Translations under genes and position numbers: made by a program
The notes under the pieces: model-generated
What the model was told of the DNA's origin: nothing
What the model saw: only the letters and a program-made list of their open reading frames with translations
The model's database searches: none
In this document: positions 1-16,652 of the stretch, piece by piece
Layout: each line of letters begins with the position of its first letter
Numbering within the stretch: the stretch's first letter is position 1
Source of the DNA: Octopus vulgaris
Taxonomy: Eukaryota
Direction: 5' to 3'
Assembly (NCBI GenBank): GCA_951406725.2
Contig: OX597822.1
Coordinates: 62,310,001-62,374,000, forward strand
Length of the DNA stretch: 64,000 nt

Positions 1-46
1 GATGGAAAGTGTCAGCCAGAAGATTTAACTGACACTTGTTTACTGA

Positions 47-638
47 TCATGCTCCAAGAACTCCGCGGAGAACTCCTGCAGTTCTAAGTAATGGTGATTT
101 TTACAGGGGTTCTGTCTTTACATTTATACCAATCTTTTTGAGCCGCCATGCTGGTAGTTGAGTGCTGATACTTCCAAGTGCACAAACTACCACTGGTATC
201 ACGCCCACTCTCTTCATTGCTTAGAACCAGCGTATTTCCCACTTCAATTCATCATAGTTGTTCACTTTTTCTTCTTTCTCTTCGATCCTTTTGTCACGGG
301 GACATGCTATATTGATTATCTCGCATGGTTTTTCTTTTTTGTTCACTACAACAATGTCACATTTCCGATGTCTGATCTGGTGGTCACACTGAATCATTAA
401 ATCCCACAGGATTTTGCAATCTTCATTCTGGAATCTAGATCATACCACGCCATTGGCCTTTTTAGGCCATAATTTCCACAGAGCTCCCAATGGATAATTC
501 TTGCTACATTGCTATGTTATCTTTTGTTCTCGCGTTGTGCTAATTTCGGGCATTCACTAACAATGTACCATATAGTTTCACCCCTCTCAGCACACATTCT
601 GAATTTGTTGTTCTCAGTTGTGTTATCAATTCTGCATA
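47..638 (-). mobile_element. Decayed 3' fragment of an RLE-type non-LTR retrotransposon (R2/R4/NeSL group): CCHC knuckle + restriction-like endonuclease
   Basis: Manual minus-strand translation with frameshifts: RMCAERGETIWYIVSECPKLA...IIHWELC...ILWDLMIQCDHQIRHRKCDIVV...IACPRD...YDELKWEI...IPVVVCALG...VLGA*; stop at 47-49; upstream end abuts a (TAC)n tract. Confidence 0.8.
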
Positions 639-994
639 GTTACTACGACTACTACTACTATCGATATGCTGCAAGTACCTTGCTCAAGAACACAACGCGC
701 CACCGGGAATCGTACTAATAACTTTACCATCGTGGGCCGAATGCCCCTAACCACTAAGCCACACACCTTCACTCTCTCAACTATAGAAAAAAGGAGTGAA
801 GCGATAGAGACAAAGGGAAGCCTCAGTCATTTACAATGACAATTAGACTGGAATACGATCGATCTTTTTGTGTTTCTTTACTTTTAACAATGAAGATGAG
901 GGAAAGAGATATTTTGGCTGGATTATATAGTTATCGGTTCTACACTTCTTTCTATGTTCTGTAACTGTCATGGCACCAGCACACACATTACGGA

Positions 995-1528
<534 letters not shown>

Positions 1529-1636
1529 ATATCTACAACTTGCTGGGGGATACTGGTATAGAAGGGGTACAGATGCATACGTTTTTTATATTTTCCGTGA
1601 ATTTTCACGGGTCCAGCTGGTTATTATTACTAATCG

Positions 1637-2772
<1,136 letters not shown>

Positions 2773-3005
2773 TCGATATGCCGCAAACCACGCCGCGAAC
2801 TAAGATTCTCTGTTACTGCTTATCTTTGTTAGGATTTCAATTTAGTCAGCCTATAGCTATGTGCAACACACATTGATGAGTCCAGTGTAATTTATATAAT
2901 CAAATGTAAATAAATATTTATATCTGGCTATTCCAATTGGCCTTCCTAATGAAGTATGAAGATACATATACATATACAGATGCATGCATACATACATCCA
3001 TATGA

Positions 3006-3007
<2 letters not shown>

Positions 3008-3091
<84 letters not shown>

Positions 3092-3132
3092 ATATATATA
3101 TATGTATATATATATGCATATATATATACACA

Positions 3133-3197
<65 letters not shown>

Positions 3198-3200
3198 TAT
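3008..3200. repeat. (TA)n-dominated microsatellite
   Basis: Direct reading; source of the YIYI ORFs. Confidence 0.95.
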
Positions 3201-3573
3201 ACGCTCACATGTGTATGATGAATGTGCAAAAAATTTTAATAATTACAGGATTTGAAAACTTTCAAATTTAATTAGCAAGAACAGAAAATTTTTACACAGA
3301 CATACACATACGCACGTACATACATACACACACACATATGTACGTGCATACAAATATGTATGAACACTTACACATACGCGTGTACACAAATATACTTACT
3401 TATAGACACTCATATACACAAATGTGTATTTCTATTCTTGTCAATTAAATCGTAGAATTTGGAAATCTAATTATTTAAATATTAATGTATTTCAGTATCA
3501 ACAGTTCTCTCACAAACCATCTTCTCACCCTCTTAAATGCATAGACACACACATACATCTACATGTATGTATG

Positions 3574-3607
<34 letters not shown>

Positions 3608-4632
3608 TGTATGTATGTATGTATGTATCTATGTATGTATGTATCTATGTATGTATGTATGCATGCATGTATATACACATATACATTGACGCATACGTAT
3701 ACATAAATACACATATACCCACTACACATATGCTCATACACGCATACTTATATCTCTAAAGAATATAAAATATATCTATAAAGATAGAAACGCAAACATA
3801 TGCACACAGTCACGTTTTCATAAAAAACTGTTTTATCACTATTACACAATTCATTTAACTACTTGTCCACTTAATTTGCGTATGACGTCATCCACTATTG
3901 TAATGGGTATGTGCGTCTGTGTCTGTATTTGTGTGTATGTGTGTGTGTTTGTGTTTGTGTGTGTACGTGTGTGTGCGTGTGTGTGTGTGTGTGAAAGAGA
4001 GAGAGAGTGTATGTGAGCGTGAGTGTATATTTGTTTAAATGTGTATACTTATAAGCATATGTAACTATAGTCAAATGAATACAAGAAAACTATCCATTTA
4101 TGTCTTAGGATTTCAACAGAAATTTCAAGATTCTTGAGAGATGTAGCACACACAATATATAACAAAGGTTACGAGTTATGCTTTATTCATAGGTGATCCA
4201 TTCTCAAAAACCTAAATAAATGTCTAAACTATCCAAATGTTAGATCATAAATTTTCACTTAATATAGACATTCCGAAACATATATTAATAAATGAAAGAC
4301 TATTAATTTAATGGAACAATATTTCGCTACTTACCAGAAGTCAAATACTCCATTTCCCTCATCACTACTGATAGTCATTCCCGATTTAACAAAACATTTT
4401 GGCTATGCAATCTTTGATAAAAAAAAATTAATCATTTTTAGTCCATTCCTACTTTTTATAAAGCAGAATGAAATAATATTTAACCATGTATCAAATACAA
4501 TCAAATCACTGTATTACCTTTTACATCTTATTACATGTTATATTATATCTTACCAACACTTTAATAGTCGAAACACATTTAATAACAGAAGTGTTATTCT
4601 CATTTGCAATCAATCCTAAACACCGTCATATC

Positions 4633-4761
4633 TTTTAGTACTTCATCTGTACTTTTATGTCCTAAATATTTGTCATACCTAATGCTCCATGTAAATTTTA
4701 GTACTTCATCTGTACTTTTTATGTCCTAAACATTTGTCATACCTAATCCTCCATGTAAATT
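4633..4761. repeat. Tandem duplication, ~64 bp x2
   Basis: TTTTAGTACTTCATCTGTACTTTT(T)ATGTCCTAAA(T/C)ATTTGTCATACCTAAT(G/C)CTCCATGTAAAT occurs twice. Confidence 0.9.
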
Positions 4762-5449
4762 AACATATCCCAAAATATTGATAAGTAATAAGTTATGTCC
4801 CTTAAAATTTTAAAACACACAATACAGTACCAGAAACGCTGTTATGCAATGTTCGTTACGAACAGACTAAGTTTCCATGCTGATAAGTGATTAGCATAAG
4901 TTGTGCAAGAAACATGTAGTTATGTCGTATTGCCACGAACAAGCATGAATACACATACACGCATACACACCTATAAGATTCAAGGATTGAGATGTAAGAA
5001 GAAAGTTAGCTTCAAGCAATCAGTACTAAATATAAAGATCCTCAGGGACAATAGTGGTTTACTGAGACGGAAGGTAGTGAAATTTTTCGTATCAAAGTAC
5101 GATAAACTGAAAAAAAGAGTTCTTTTTTATATTTCACGGTAGGCGACCAGAGTTGCCGGGTATGCGAATAGGACTACAAGGGTTGAGGAGTGGACTAGAT
5201 AAGATCCTAGATACATATGTTTCATAGCGAGCGGAAAATCGGAAATGGTAAATATACAAGCGAGGTGTATACCGTAGACTATTCGTTAGGCCAAGTGTAC
5301 CCTGATTAAATGAAAGTTTACATTGTCGCAAGAAGGGTTAGTATTAAAATACCATCACATGTGGCAGGCGAGTTTATCAGCCGTACAGGCAAATTAAGAA
5401 AATACATACATACAATATAAGAGATGCTTATATATATATATATATATAT

Positions 5450-5558
5450 AGGCTCGAAACGTAAAAGACTTTTTCTATTCCTGAGCGTTATACTAATCCA
5501 TCTGTTTGTTTTGTACACCACCTGTCTTCGTCTTTTGTTTTTTTCGTAAACACTCCCT
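5450..5558 (+). mobile_element. Penelope pLTR-like fragment carrying the 3' half of a minimal hammerhead motif, between (TA)n tracts
   Basis: GGCTC-GAAAC-GTA-AAAGAC homologous to 21452-21470. Confidence 0.55.
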
Positions 5559-5770
5559 ATATATATATGTATATGTATATGTATATATATCTATGTATGT
5601 ATATACGCATGAAGGCACCACAAGAGCACCTACGTCGCTAAAAATAGAAGTAAAAAATACTTCCGTACCTCAGAACAGTCACAGATCTAATTCAGACATG
5701 GTAGAAAAAATTCCAGTGAATATTAAAAACGTTTTACCCCTGGAAGGTCAGCACAAGCAACAGTGGTCAA

Positions 5771-5822
5771 CCTGGAACCGGTTTCGTAATTAGCGTCAAA
5801 AGGTGTCTGTTTCTCAGCCAAG
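5771..5822 (-). ncRNA. Degenerate type-I hammerhead-like motif
   Basis: Minus: CTTGG-CTGAGAA-...-GAAACCGGT-T-CCAGG; stem I CTTGG/CCAGG and palindromic stem III ACCGGT; core G8 mutated, stem II poor. Confidence 0.35.
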
Positions 5823-6046
5823 ACATCCCAGCTTGCAACTACTAACATTTTCCCCCACCATGCCCGCAAAGTCCGTTTGAAGTGACCAAACACTATTTAA
5901 AACGAAACGCGTAAAATAATTTTCCTTGCCATGCCTGTATTGGATTTGTGACTATTCTGTTCTACAGAAGTATGTTTTACTTCCATTTTTAGCAATGTAG
6001 GTGCTCATGTGCTGCCTTCGTGTGTATATACAAACGTTCATCCATC

Positions 6047-6124
6047 CACACACACACACACATACATACATACATACATACATACATACATAAATACATA
6101 CATACATATACATACATACATACA

Positions 6125-6186
<62 letters not shown>

Positions 6187-6187
6187 C

Positions 6188-6264
<77 letters not shown>

Positions 6265-6275
6265 TATATATATAT
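6047..6275. repeat. Compound (CA)n/(TACA)n/(TA)n microsatellite
   Basis: Direct reading. Confidence 0.95.
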
Positions 6276-7028
6276 AAATTAAAATAATGAGGGTAGAAAT
6301 TGATATCAATCAATCAACATCAATTAAAACCAGTGGTCTAGCATATTAAAAGAAAATCCGAAGATTTAAAAATTATATTACAATTAATAAGAGGAATTAC
6401 CACTAAAGTGCATTCCTATACGCTAGAGATAGACGTCAAATCGTCTTAACACAAAGAGTGTTTTCTCAAGAAAAAAAAAAACAGAAAACGCCAAAATGTA
6501 AAATATAAGCAAGGCAAATGAAAATTTACAAAATAAAACGATTACCTACGTATCATGATTTCATTATTAATAATTGCAAAATGCAAAATGCAAGTATCTG
6601 TAAATCCTTTACAGATGTTGGGGTGTGGGGATGCAAGGGTGTGGTGTGGGGATGTGCGGGTAAGGATGTGGGTGAAGGGATGGGGTATGTGCCAGTGGGA
6701 TGTATGGGGTGGATGGAGGATGTGTTGGGATGGTGTGGTTGGGATGTGTAGGGGTGGGTGTGGATGGAGGAGGTAACGACGAAGGAAGAAGGTGGGTCGG
6801 AGTGAAGAGAGGAAGTAGGTGTGAGATGCGCGTATGTGTAGATATGTATGTGTATGTAACTAGGCATTAAATGTTTACATTTATATATGTATCTATGTAT
6901 ACATATATGTACATATAAACATAAATAGAAATATACATATATCAACATATATATACACTCAGGCGCACACGAATATATACGTACGATATATATATATATA
7001 TATATCGTATATATGTACGATATATATC

Positions 7029-7104
<76 letters not shown>

Positions 7105-7536
7105 GTACATAGTTGTACATATATCAATGTATGTATATGTATGTGCGTGTCTCATGTTTTCATTCTTGTTAATTAAGTCTGAAAATTTGAAAATTGGAAA
7201 CCATTTACTTTAAATATACCTACTTCAGGCTATACGAGCTCACACACACATGCATACACACACGCACAGACACACACAAAGAAACAAATATATATGAAGA
7301 GAAACAGAGGGTGAAAAGGAGGGAAACAGGGTGAGATATAGAGAGAGAAATACAATGATGTGTTCATAAGCACATATATAATCTAATATATACATAGGCG
7401 CACACTTAAGTGTCTACGCATACAATTATAAACAGTTGCATAAATGTATGTTTATCACTATTATTTAGCTATTACGTTTATTTAATATACACTTTTTCTC
7501 ATGTCTTATTTTACTATGTGACAATATTTAACTAAC

Positions 7537-7646
7537 AGGCGCAGGAGTGGCTGTGTGGTAAGTAGCTTGCTTACTAACCACATGGTTCCGGGTTCAGTCC
7601 CACTGCGTGGTTCCTTGGGCAAGTGTCTTCTACTATGGCCTCGGGC
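7537..7646 (+). mobile_element. SINE family A, head only
   Basis: AGGCGCAGGAGTGGCTGTGTGGTAAG...GGTTCAGTCCCACTGCGTGG..CCTTGGGCAAGTG. Confidence 0.85.
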
Positions 7647-8039
7647 ATTACGAGAGTGACGATGTGTGAATAATGAAAATAATGTTTCTCCGAATTAGTC
7701 ATATGTGTATTATAATAAAGAAAGCTGTCTATTATCTATCTACCTATAAACTATATTTTTGACTCAACGATTCTTTCTTACAACTAAAATAACCTCGGCA
7801 ACTACATTGGATCGCACAATATTTTGATTCGCTTCTAGTGTATAACTTTCGTCCAATGTTTCACGCATTCCTAGAATTCTTCTCAGACAAACATATATGA
7901 AAATGTACACATAAATATTATATCAAAATAAGCCACAAACAAAACAATTATATTAAAAGACATCAATTTTTCTATATGTTATGAGGAAATACACCCTCCC
8001 CTCTCTCTCACGCACAAAAAGATGTATGCATATGTATTT

Positions 8040-8130
8040 ATGGGCGAAGGTCAAGAATACGCACTCCCGATGTTTATGGTTAGGGTTACGCCGAAAACGG
8101 GTGGTGTGCGTATTCTTTACCTCCGCCCAT
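8040..8130. repeat. Small hairpin/MITE-like inverted repeat
   Basis: ATGGGCGAAGGTCAAGAATACGCAC ... GTGCGTATTCTTTACCTCCGCCCAT; loop contains GGTTAGGGTTA. Confidence 0.7.
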
Positions 8131-9013
8131 TTATATACGTGTATATGAAAGATAATGTGTGCAAGAGAGAGAAAGCGAGTGAGTGCCACTTGCACATACA
8201 TGCAAAAAATTTTATACATCAAAACACAAACTTTCACTCACTCACTGTCTCTCTCTCTCACTCACTCACACACACACATGTCCATTTCATATACACGTAC
8301 ATCTTACACTTTCTCCTCTCACTTCAAAGCAAATGTCTTCTTTTCACCTTATCCTCTCTGTCAATTTCTGCTCTCTTCAAAGCATATATAAATTAAACCA
8401 ATTTTACGGAAATTAACAAACAATCATATGATCCCATATATGTCGAGTTGACAACTTTGCTTCTTCAAATGAAAGAATGCCATAGAATAACTTCCTTTGA
8501 CAAACACACATACTCTACGTAAAAATTCTGTGCGAATTATGTTAATTCTTGCAGTGTGCACGTGCAAATTTACAGCTCAAACCCAAATGAATTTATCATT
8601 TTCTATCCTGTAATTTGTGTTTGTGATGTGGGTATTTAAAATCCTGATCTTCGATATGAATTTTAAAGGAGGTTTTCCCAGAAATCCTGTTCTTTATCTC
8701 TTCTTTCTAGCATGTCCAAGGTGACATTTCCTCCCCACGTATTTTTTTCCTAATTTTTTTCCGATTCCTATGTTTGCGATATACCAAGCAGTACAGGATG
8801 TCGTTTCCAAATTTGTGGAAGAGTGAATTGTACCATGGTGCTTTTATCTTTCTCAGAGACGGTGTCCAACTGACTTTAATATGCCGTGCAGTCGACAAAA
8901 TCTCGGCATTTAATCATACATATAAATCAATTACACAATTGTAGAGTGTGCATGTAACAGAAAATCCAGAAAATCCGTGAGATGAAATTATTTCATGAGG
9001 AGTGTATAAAAGT

Positions 9014-9310
9014 ATATAGTCAGGAGATACGAGAGGTCAATATTTATGTAACCACATGACTTTTATTGGCTTACAGCCGTTTCGCAACATTTTTCATAAA
9101 GTATTAATTTCAGTAGAGAAGAGATTATGCGTAGAGTATTATAGAATTCTACTGTATAAAACCGATCATAACTTCAATGCAAACATGTACGCCTAATGTC
9201 TTCCACACTGAAATTTATACGACATGAGAGAAGTTGCGAAACGGCCGTAAAGCTACGGAAGCCATGTGATTAAATAATATATATTCACATCTCATATCTC
9301 CTGACTTTAT

Positions 9311-9311
<1 letters not shown>
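9014..9311. repeat. Imperfect fold-back element with ~110-bp arms
   Basis: ATAGTCAGGAGATACGAGA...CAGCCGTTTCGCAAC...TTTCAGT versus ACTGAAA...GTTGCGAAACGGCCG...TCTCATATCTCCTGACTTTAT. Confidence 0.75.
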
Positions 9312-9373
<62 letters not shown>

Positions 9374-9382
9374 CATACATAC

Positions 9383-9422
<40 letters not shown>

Positions 9423-9489
9423 AATATTCACTGAAATATTGATTTATATATTGGAAAGTATTGATATTATATATTTATTTCTGCATTGC

Positions 9490-9699
9490 TCTCAGGGGGC
9501 TAAACATAGAGGAGACAAACAAGGACAGACAAAGGGATTAAGTCGATTACAGTGCGCAAACTGGTACTTAGTTAATCGACCTGGAAAGGATGAAAGGCAA
9601 AGCTGACCTTGACGGAATTTGAACTCAGAACGTAACGGCAGCTGAAATACAGTTAAGCATTTCGCCCAGCGTGCTAACGTTTCTGCTAGCTTGCCGCCT
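9490..9699 (-). mobile_element. tRNA-derived SINE family B
   Basis: Reverse complement of the 46470-46697 family (AGAAACGTTAGCACG, GAGTTCAAATTCC, GCCTTTCATCCTTTC). Confidence 0.85.
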
Positions 9700-10366
9700 T
9701 ATGATGATGTCATAAATTTTAAAATAAATGGGGGTCATGTAGAAAATGCAAATGCATATATTTCCTTCACATGTAGCAAATAGAAGCTTATCTTGTACGC
9801 ATTGTATATACATCCTCTCTCTCTCTTTCTTTCCAAATACATACACTCACATGCAGATATACGTGCATACCTACATGTGTATGTATTGTGTGTATGCTTT
9901 AACTTAAAATATATACCTTCTTAGTATTATTCGTATTATGTCTCATAAGTTTTCATTCCATATTATTTTATTAGTGCTGGGAATCAGACTTGATTATATT
10001 TAAAAAATACTAAACTAAACGTTTACAGCGAAATAACGTATTCCTTGTATTTACGAGATATTTATCTCTATAAATAATATTATAACTTTCAGCTGTACTT
10101 GAATTGAAATTAAAAATTTCTAGACAGAGTTTATAAGTGAGTGCAAATGTGTTGATGTAAAGTTCTACATGCAGAGGTGCCGTACTCCAATAAAAAACGA
10201 TTCGGTTGTTTACTATTTTCTCCGACATATTTTTTGTGTTTACGTACATGAATAAAAAACAGACTCATTTTTTATCAGTCTTTCTGCCGTTCGGTTACGA
10301 AGGACAAACAAATACATTTCTTACGAACTTTTTTGTAACTAGAAATCTGAAATCATGTACAATATT

Positions 10367-10418
<52 letters not shown>

Positions 10419-11089
10419 ACACACACACATTATTTTCTAGTCTTCTCTCTAAGGCCACCTCTATAACCTGAAGTTATTTGTTTTCAAAAACTATATCGCA
10501 AAAGATTTCATAGATATTTTTTTTGCATTTGTGAAGTATTTATTTATATAAAAAATTATTCTACTACACCTCATTTTGTCGTGTCATACATAAACTCGCG
10601 TGCGCGCGCACACACACACACACATATATACATGCATGTATAAGTGTGTGTTTAATATACATATACGCACATATATATAGATGAACTACTATGTGGAGTA
10701 TACACACATACACACACATATAAGTATATATGTATGCGTATATATATGCATATATATGTGTTTATATATGTATGTATACAGGTATGTGTATATGTATATG
10801 TATATGTATATATATATATACACACATATATATATATATATATATATAAACACATGAAAAATTCACTCAGAATATGTAGAGAGTACAGTATGAGGGGAAT
10901 ATACAAATGTATGGAGAAATACATAAATGTATGTATGTATGTATGCAAGAAAATAGGTTTTCTTTCTTACAGGCAATCAGATAAGAAAAGAAATAAAAAT
11001 TTACAAAAAATGGTAATACACAGAAGAAAATTCCATGCCGATAAAATATTATACTGAAATCAAATGTCCAATAGGTTTCATCACAAAAT

Positions 11090-11320
11090 TACAACATTTT
11101 ACATCAACAGAAATTGATAAATGTTCAAATGCAATTGTGTAATGAAGATTATATTGGACAAACTAGTTATGCTTTGAAGCACAGAATGACGGTGCCCCTT
11201 CAATGGATACGAGATTCCACGTTAATCAAAAAAGTCTGTAAACAACTAGATATTAGCCCATCAAACAAACATCAAGACTACCAAATTTTCATTTTATTGA
11301 AGTCATCGGGATCTCCTTAG
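11090..11320 (+). mobile_element. Decayed Penelope-like GIY-YIG endonuclease fragment
   Basis: ORF 11114..11320: QLCNEDYIGQTSYALKHRMTV (C..YIGQT..L..R motif). Confidence 0.65.
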
Positions 11321-12017
11321 TCCTTTTCCGATTACACATTTCGGTACTATTTACTGCCGCTAGTCTAGGCTTGACTAATTGAACCTTGCTTTTGGTTAAA
11401 ACCGAACTCTCAAAGCAAAAAAATAAAAATCATATGATACTATTAAATATCCAACTGATTCTAACACCAGACAAAGAAGTGACGTTTTAAAGGAATTAGC
11501 TAAGCGGAATGCTGGATGACTGTCAGACAAAAGGAGGTGACCAAGACATTTGATAATCAAGTGACAGCCACAGAAAATTAACCAGCCAAAGCACTGGGCT
11601 GCTATCGGACAAAACGAATTCATCAAATCAGTTGTTAAACAAATGATGACCAACGCTGGACTACTGTCGTGCAATAAGTGTCCAGAACAGTTGACAAACA
11701 AATGGACGTACTTAGGCAGTCAGCCATCAAGATCGCTTGGCCTCGCTCGGACAAAATCCAGTCACATATTTTAGTAAGTAACCAATCAGGACTCGATTTC
11801 CACGAAAAAAGCAAACAACGAACAGCAATCCTTCTTATAACACAACAGATCTAGTAAAATGAATTATTTTTATTCTTTAAAAGCTATATCACATCTAACT
11901 ACTAACATAACTTACTGCTTTGAAATCTGTTGAACTTATTTCTAACATTATTGCTATGAAATTTATTGAACATATGAACTTACATCAGTTCCTCTCACTG
12001 TGAAGTCTACTGAGTAC

Positions 12018-12018
<1 letters not shown>

Positions 12019-12097
<79 letters not shown>

Positions 12098-12115
12098 CAG
12101 ATAGATAGATAGATG
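12019..12115. repeat. (GATA)n microsatellite
   Basis: Direct reading. Confidence 0.97.
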
Positions 12116-13224
12116 GAATGATGGATGGGTAGATGAACAGAGAGACGGGCGGACGAACGGATAGACATACAGACAGGCAGACAGACCGATACAGGGATAG
12201 ATTGATAAACAGATAGATAAAGATATACATATAATACACGCGTACATACACACACAGATATCTACATATGTGCAAATTGAGCCTCTTAACCATACAACTA
12301 TATGTATACGTATGTATTTACATGTGAAACGGATATTCTCACGTGAAACTTGCTTGCTTTTCATATATATATGTACGTAGCCAACGTTTTGCTTGCAGCC
12401 AGTTAAACGGCCTTAAATATCTAGAAAGTGGCATTCGTTGTACTCAAGCGTTTGTAACTAGTAGTTTTATATGTAGGTACTTTCTGCATATTCCTAAGAA
12501 CAAATCAAAACACAGTCTTTTTGGAACTACAAACAACCGGTAGACTTTCGTTGTGAATGGATACGGTAGATGGAAGCTGAAAGATGCCCATGAGTATACG
12601 GGAATACTCATATGCTATGCTTGAGTGTGTATACTATCTTAATTTCGTTGTTCTGAGTTATCCGTTGTTCTTGTAAAGCAGTGGCACCCAAAATGAGCGG
12701 TACTGCCTTCTGGGGCAGTGGAAAGTTCCGGCCAATAATGGGGTGACCAAAACGGGGCAATGAATAGGAAAAAAAAAAACCCAAAGAAAATAATGGGTTA
12801 ATTAGGTTAATTTTATTTGTGAAATACTGTTGTTTTGAATTTGCTACAGAAAATTATCTGTCTGTGATGGTGAGTGGAGTGGTGGGCACTACGAATGCGG
12901 CCTTAGAACTAAGGGAGCGGCAGCCTGAAACAGTTTGGGAACCACTGTTGTAAAATGTAGAGTGTTGCTGGAGTCATAGTTTGTGGGCATCGCTTACTTA
13001 GGGATTTGTTTCATGGTTAATCTAATTAGTTTTGCATAATGCTTAGATACTGGTGTCTTGTTTGGGAGGTTCTGTGGCATATATATATATATATATAAAT
13101 TAAAGATTTGTATGTATTTATAAATGAAATTAAATTGTACACACACACACACACATACACACACATGCACACACACACATATATACATATATACATATAC
13201 ATTTAAGTATACAATTTTAAATAC

Positions 13225-13316
13225 ATAATTATAATTACGGGCGCTGGAGGGACAACGCCAATATTCTACTTTTAGCGCATTGGCATTATCCCTCCAGTTC
13301 CCTTAGTTATAATTAT
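13225..13316. repeat. Hairpin inverted repeat, ~38-bp arms
   Basis: ATAATTATAATTACGGGCGCTGGAGGGACAACGCCAAT ... ATTGGCATTATCCCTCCAGTTCCCTTAGTTATAATTAT. Confidence 0.75.
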
Positions 13317-13569
13317 ATTCTTAAATATCAATTTTACCGATATGCTGTTCTTAATGCGCTGGCCACTGGTATAATCATTTTAGTGATAGAAGTTTCAATA
13401 AAAATAGTAATGCAATACGAGAGTATTGCTTTCCAGTAAAGAATAGCCCGTGAGGGAAAATTATACATAGAAGTAAATATATGGCACAACGAAGTACCGA
13501 TATTTACTGGAAAATAGCGAACGTAATAAATACGACGCTAATGTATAGCTTCACCGCGTATGTACTAGC

Positions 13570-14990
13570 AAAAATGAAGAAGAAAGAGGGAAGAAGGGAA
13601 GAGGAGGGAAAGAGAGTAGGGGTGAAAGGATGAAGGACTGAAGAGAAGTAGGGGTCGGGGGGAGGTTAGATGAGGAGGGGGGATAAGGGGTTTAGATGAG
13701 GAGGGGGGAGAGTTGAAACCAAATGGCGTAAAAGAGCGAAGAGAGAAAATTAATTCCTGTTCACAGCGCAAACGAGAATCCGGATGGCCTCTGTGCAAGG
13801 ACAAACCGAACACAAACAGGTGTTGCAAGGCGTGACCGGTGGAGCGGAAATGGCGTGAGACTGGTGTGTCGTTGGCAAGGCGGATGTCACGGAGGTGTTC
13901 CGCGAACCGGTCGGCCAAGCGGCGTCCCGTTTGTCCGATGTACAGGGAATGGCAGAGAGAGCAAGAGATGCAATAGATGATATTGCTGGAGGTGCAGGTG
14001 AAGGAGTTGATGATGCGATAGGGTCGATGATGGGTGCCAGTGAGGAGGGTGGTGTTGGAGAGGTATGGGCAAGGATGAAGTGGTGAGCCATGCGTTGAGA
14101 CTGAGTCTCAAAGTCATGGTCGTCACTACAGAGCCTACGTAGACGGATGAATTGGGAATAGGGGATGGAAAGCTTGGTGTGTTTTGGGTGGGAGGAAGAG
14201 AAGTTTAGGTATGAGTGTGAGTCTGTGTGTTTGTAGTGAATGGAGGTGGTAAGAGTGGAGTGATGAATGCTGACCGAAATGTCGAGGAAGGAGACAGAGT
14301 TGTTGGAGATAGTGGAGGTGAAGTGGACGGCTGGATGGAAGGATTGAACAAAAGAGAAGAAGGAATCTAGACGTTCACGGGAGAGTGAGGTGGCACCGAT
14401 AATGTCGTCAATGTAACAACCGTATAGTTCAGGAGTGGGACCAGTGAAATTAGAGAATATTTGGGCCTCAACATAGCCAACGAACAGGTTCGCATAGTTG
14501 GGGCCCATTCGCGTTCCCATGGCCACTCCCGAGAACTGTTGGTAGAACTCGCCCGCGAACGAGAAGCAGTTGAGAGTAAGGACAAGTTCAGCCAGACGAA
14601 TGAGTGTGGAGGTGTCACGTACAGGGTTGGGGCGGAGGTCGAGAAAGTGTTGAAGTGCCCGCAGTCCTTCGTGGTGAGGGATGACGGTATAGAGGCTCTG
14701 GATGTCCATAGTAAAAAGGATTTTGGAGGAGCCGGGAGGAAAGGAGAAAGAGTTGAAAAGCCGGAGAGCATGGTTGGTATCGTGGATGTGGGAGGGAAGA
14801 GACGCCACTAGGGGAGCAAGGACGTATTTAGAGATGAGGTCCGTGGAGCAGTTACAGGCGGAGACGATGGGGCGGCCAGGGTTGTTGAGTTTGTGGATTT
14901 TGGGGAGGAAGTAAATGGTGGGGGTGCATGGGGTTCGCACAATTAGGTTGGATGCGGTGTGGGGGAGACGGGAGGACGAGATGAGGTCGT
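13570..14990 (-). mobile_element. Penelope-like retroelement: RT followed by GIY-YIG endonuclease, 5'-truncated and frameshifted
   Basis: ORF 13750..14940: PKIHK, GRPIVS, DIQSLYT, GVAMGTRMGPNYANLF, YIDD, FLDI, HPKHTKLSIPYSQFIRLRRLCS; shifted frame: FTCTSSNIIYCISCSLCHSLYIGQTGRRLADRFAEH...VSRHF...EQELIFSL...PFGFN. Confidence 0.93.
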
Positions 14991-15036
14991 GGACAGTAGA
15001 GGATACCGTCTGTTGGTAGCTACGTGTGGGGTTAAC

Positions 15037-15118
<82 letters not shown>

Positions 15119-15666
15119 GTATGTTAAAGATTCACCTCTTAGAAATGTTCCATGTGGTAAACATCTTGACATTTGTGAAAATGGAAAATTTTTAAATATT
15201 CCCCTTTAACAAAATAAAGATGAAAATGATCAACTATGAAAGACAACACTTTATAAAAGTTCGAAATCCGAAACTACATTGGAAATAGATGACATTTAAA
15301 ATAGTCAGCAATTTAAAATATCCCACTTTGCAAAAATAATAATGAAAACGATTTATTACGAGACGATAGAAGAATATTTCATAAGAGTTTTAAATCCGAA
15401 ACCACATCGGAAATAGTAAATACGATTACAAAAAGAACAACTTCCACCTTATGCATTAGATCAGAATGTGCGTATTTGAAAGCTGAAAAACGAAAGCGCT
15501 TACACACAACATATACGAACTAGACATAAAATACACACTATGCACAAACATCTTTCACAAAGATTTATGATATTCTGTTAGATATTTTTTTAAAAAATTG
15601 TTAATAACGTTTTAAAAATCTTATTCTTGTACATGTGTCGAGTAACTTTTACAAAAGTTTTAATAC

Positions 15667-16652
<986 letters not shown>

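Noticed and set aside
6618-6830. G-rich GGGTGT/GGGAT tract, potential G-quadruplex
   Set aside because: Degenerate simple repeat with no evidence of function or associated gene
8078-8088. GGTTAGGGTTA telomere-like motif
   Set aside because: Under two units; not an interstitial telomere array
14367-14914. Overlapping and antisense ORFs over the Penelope RT (likewise 38872..39264, 43024..43545, 28373..28894)
   Set aside because: Shadow frames of transposon coding sequence
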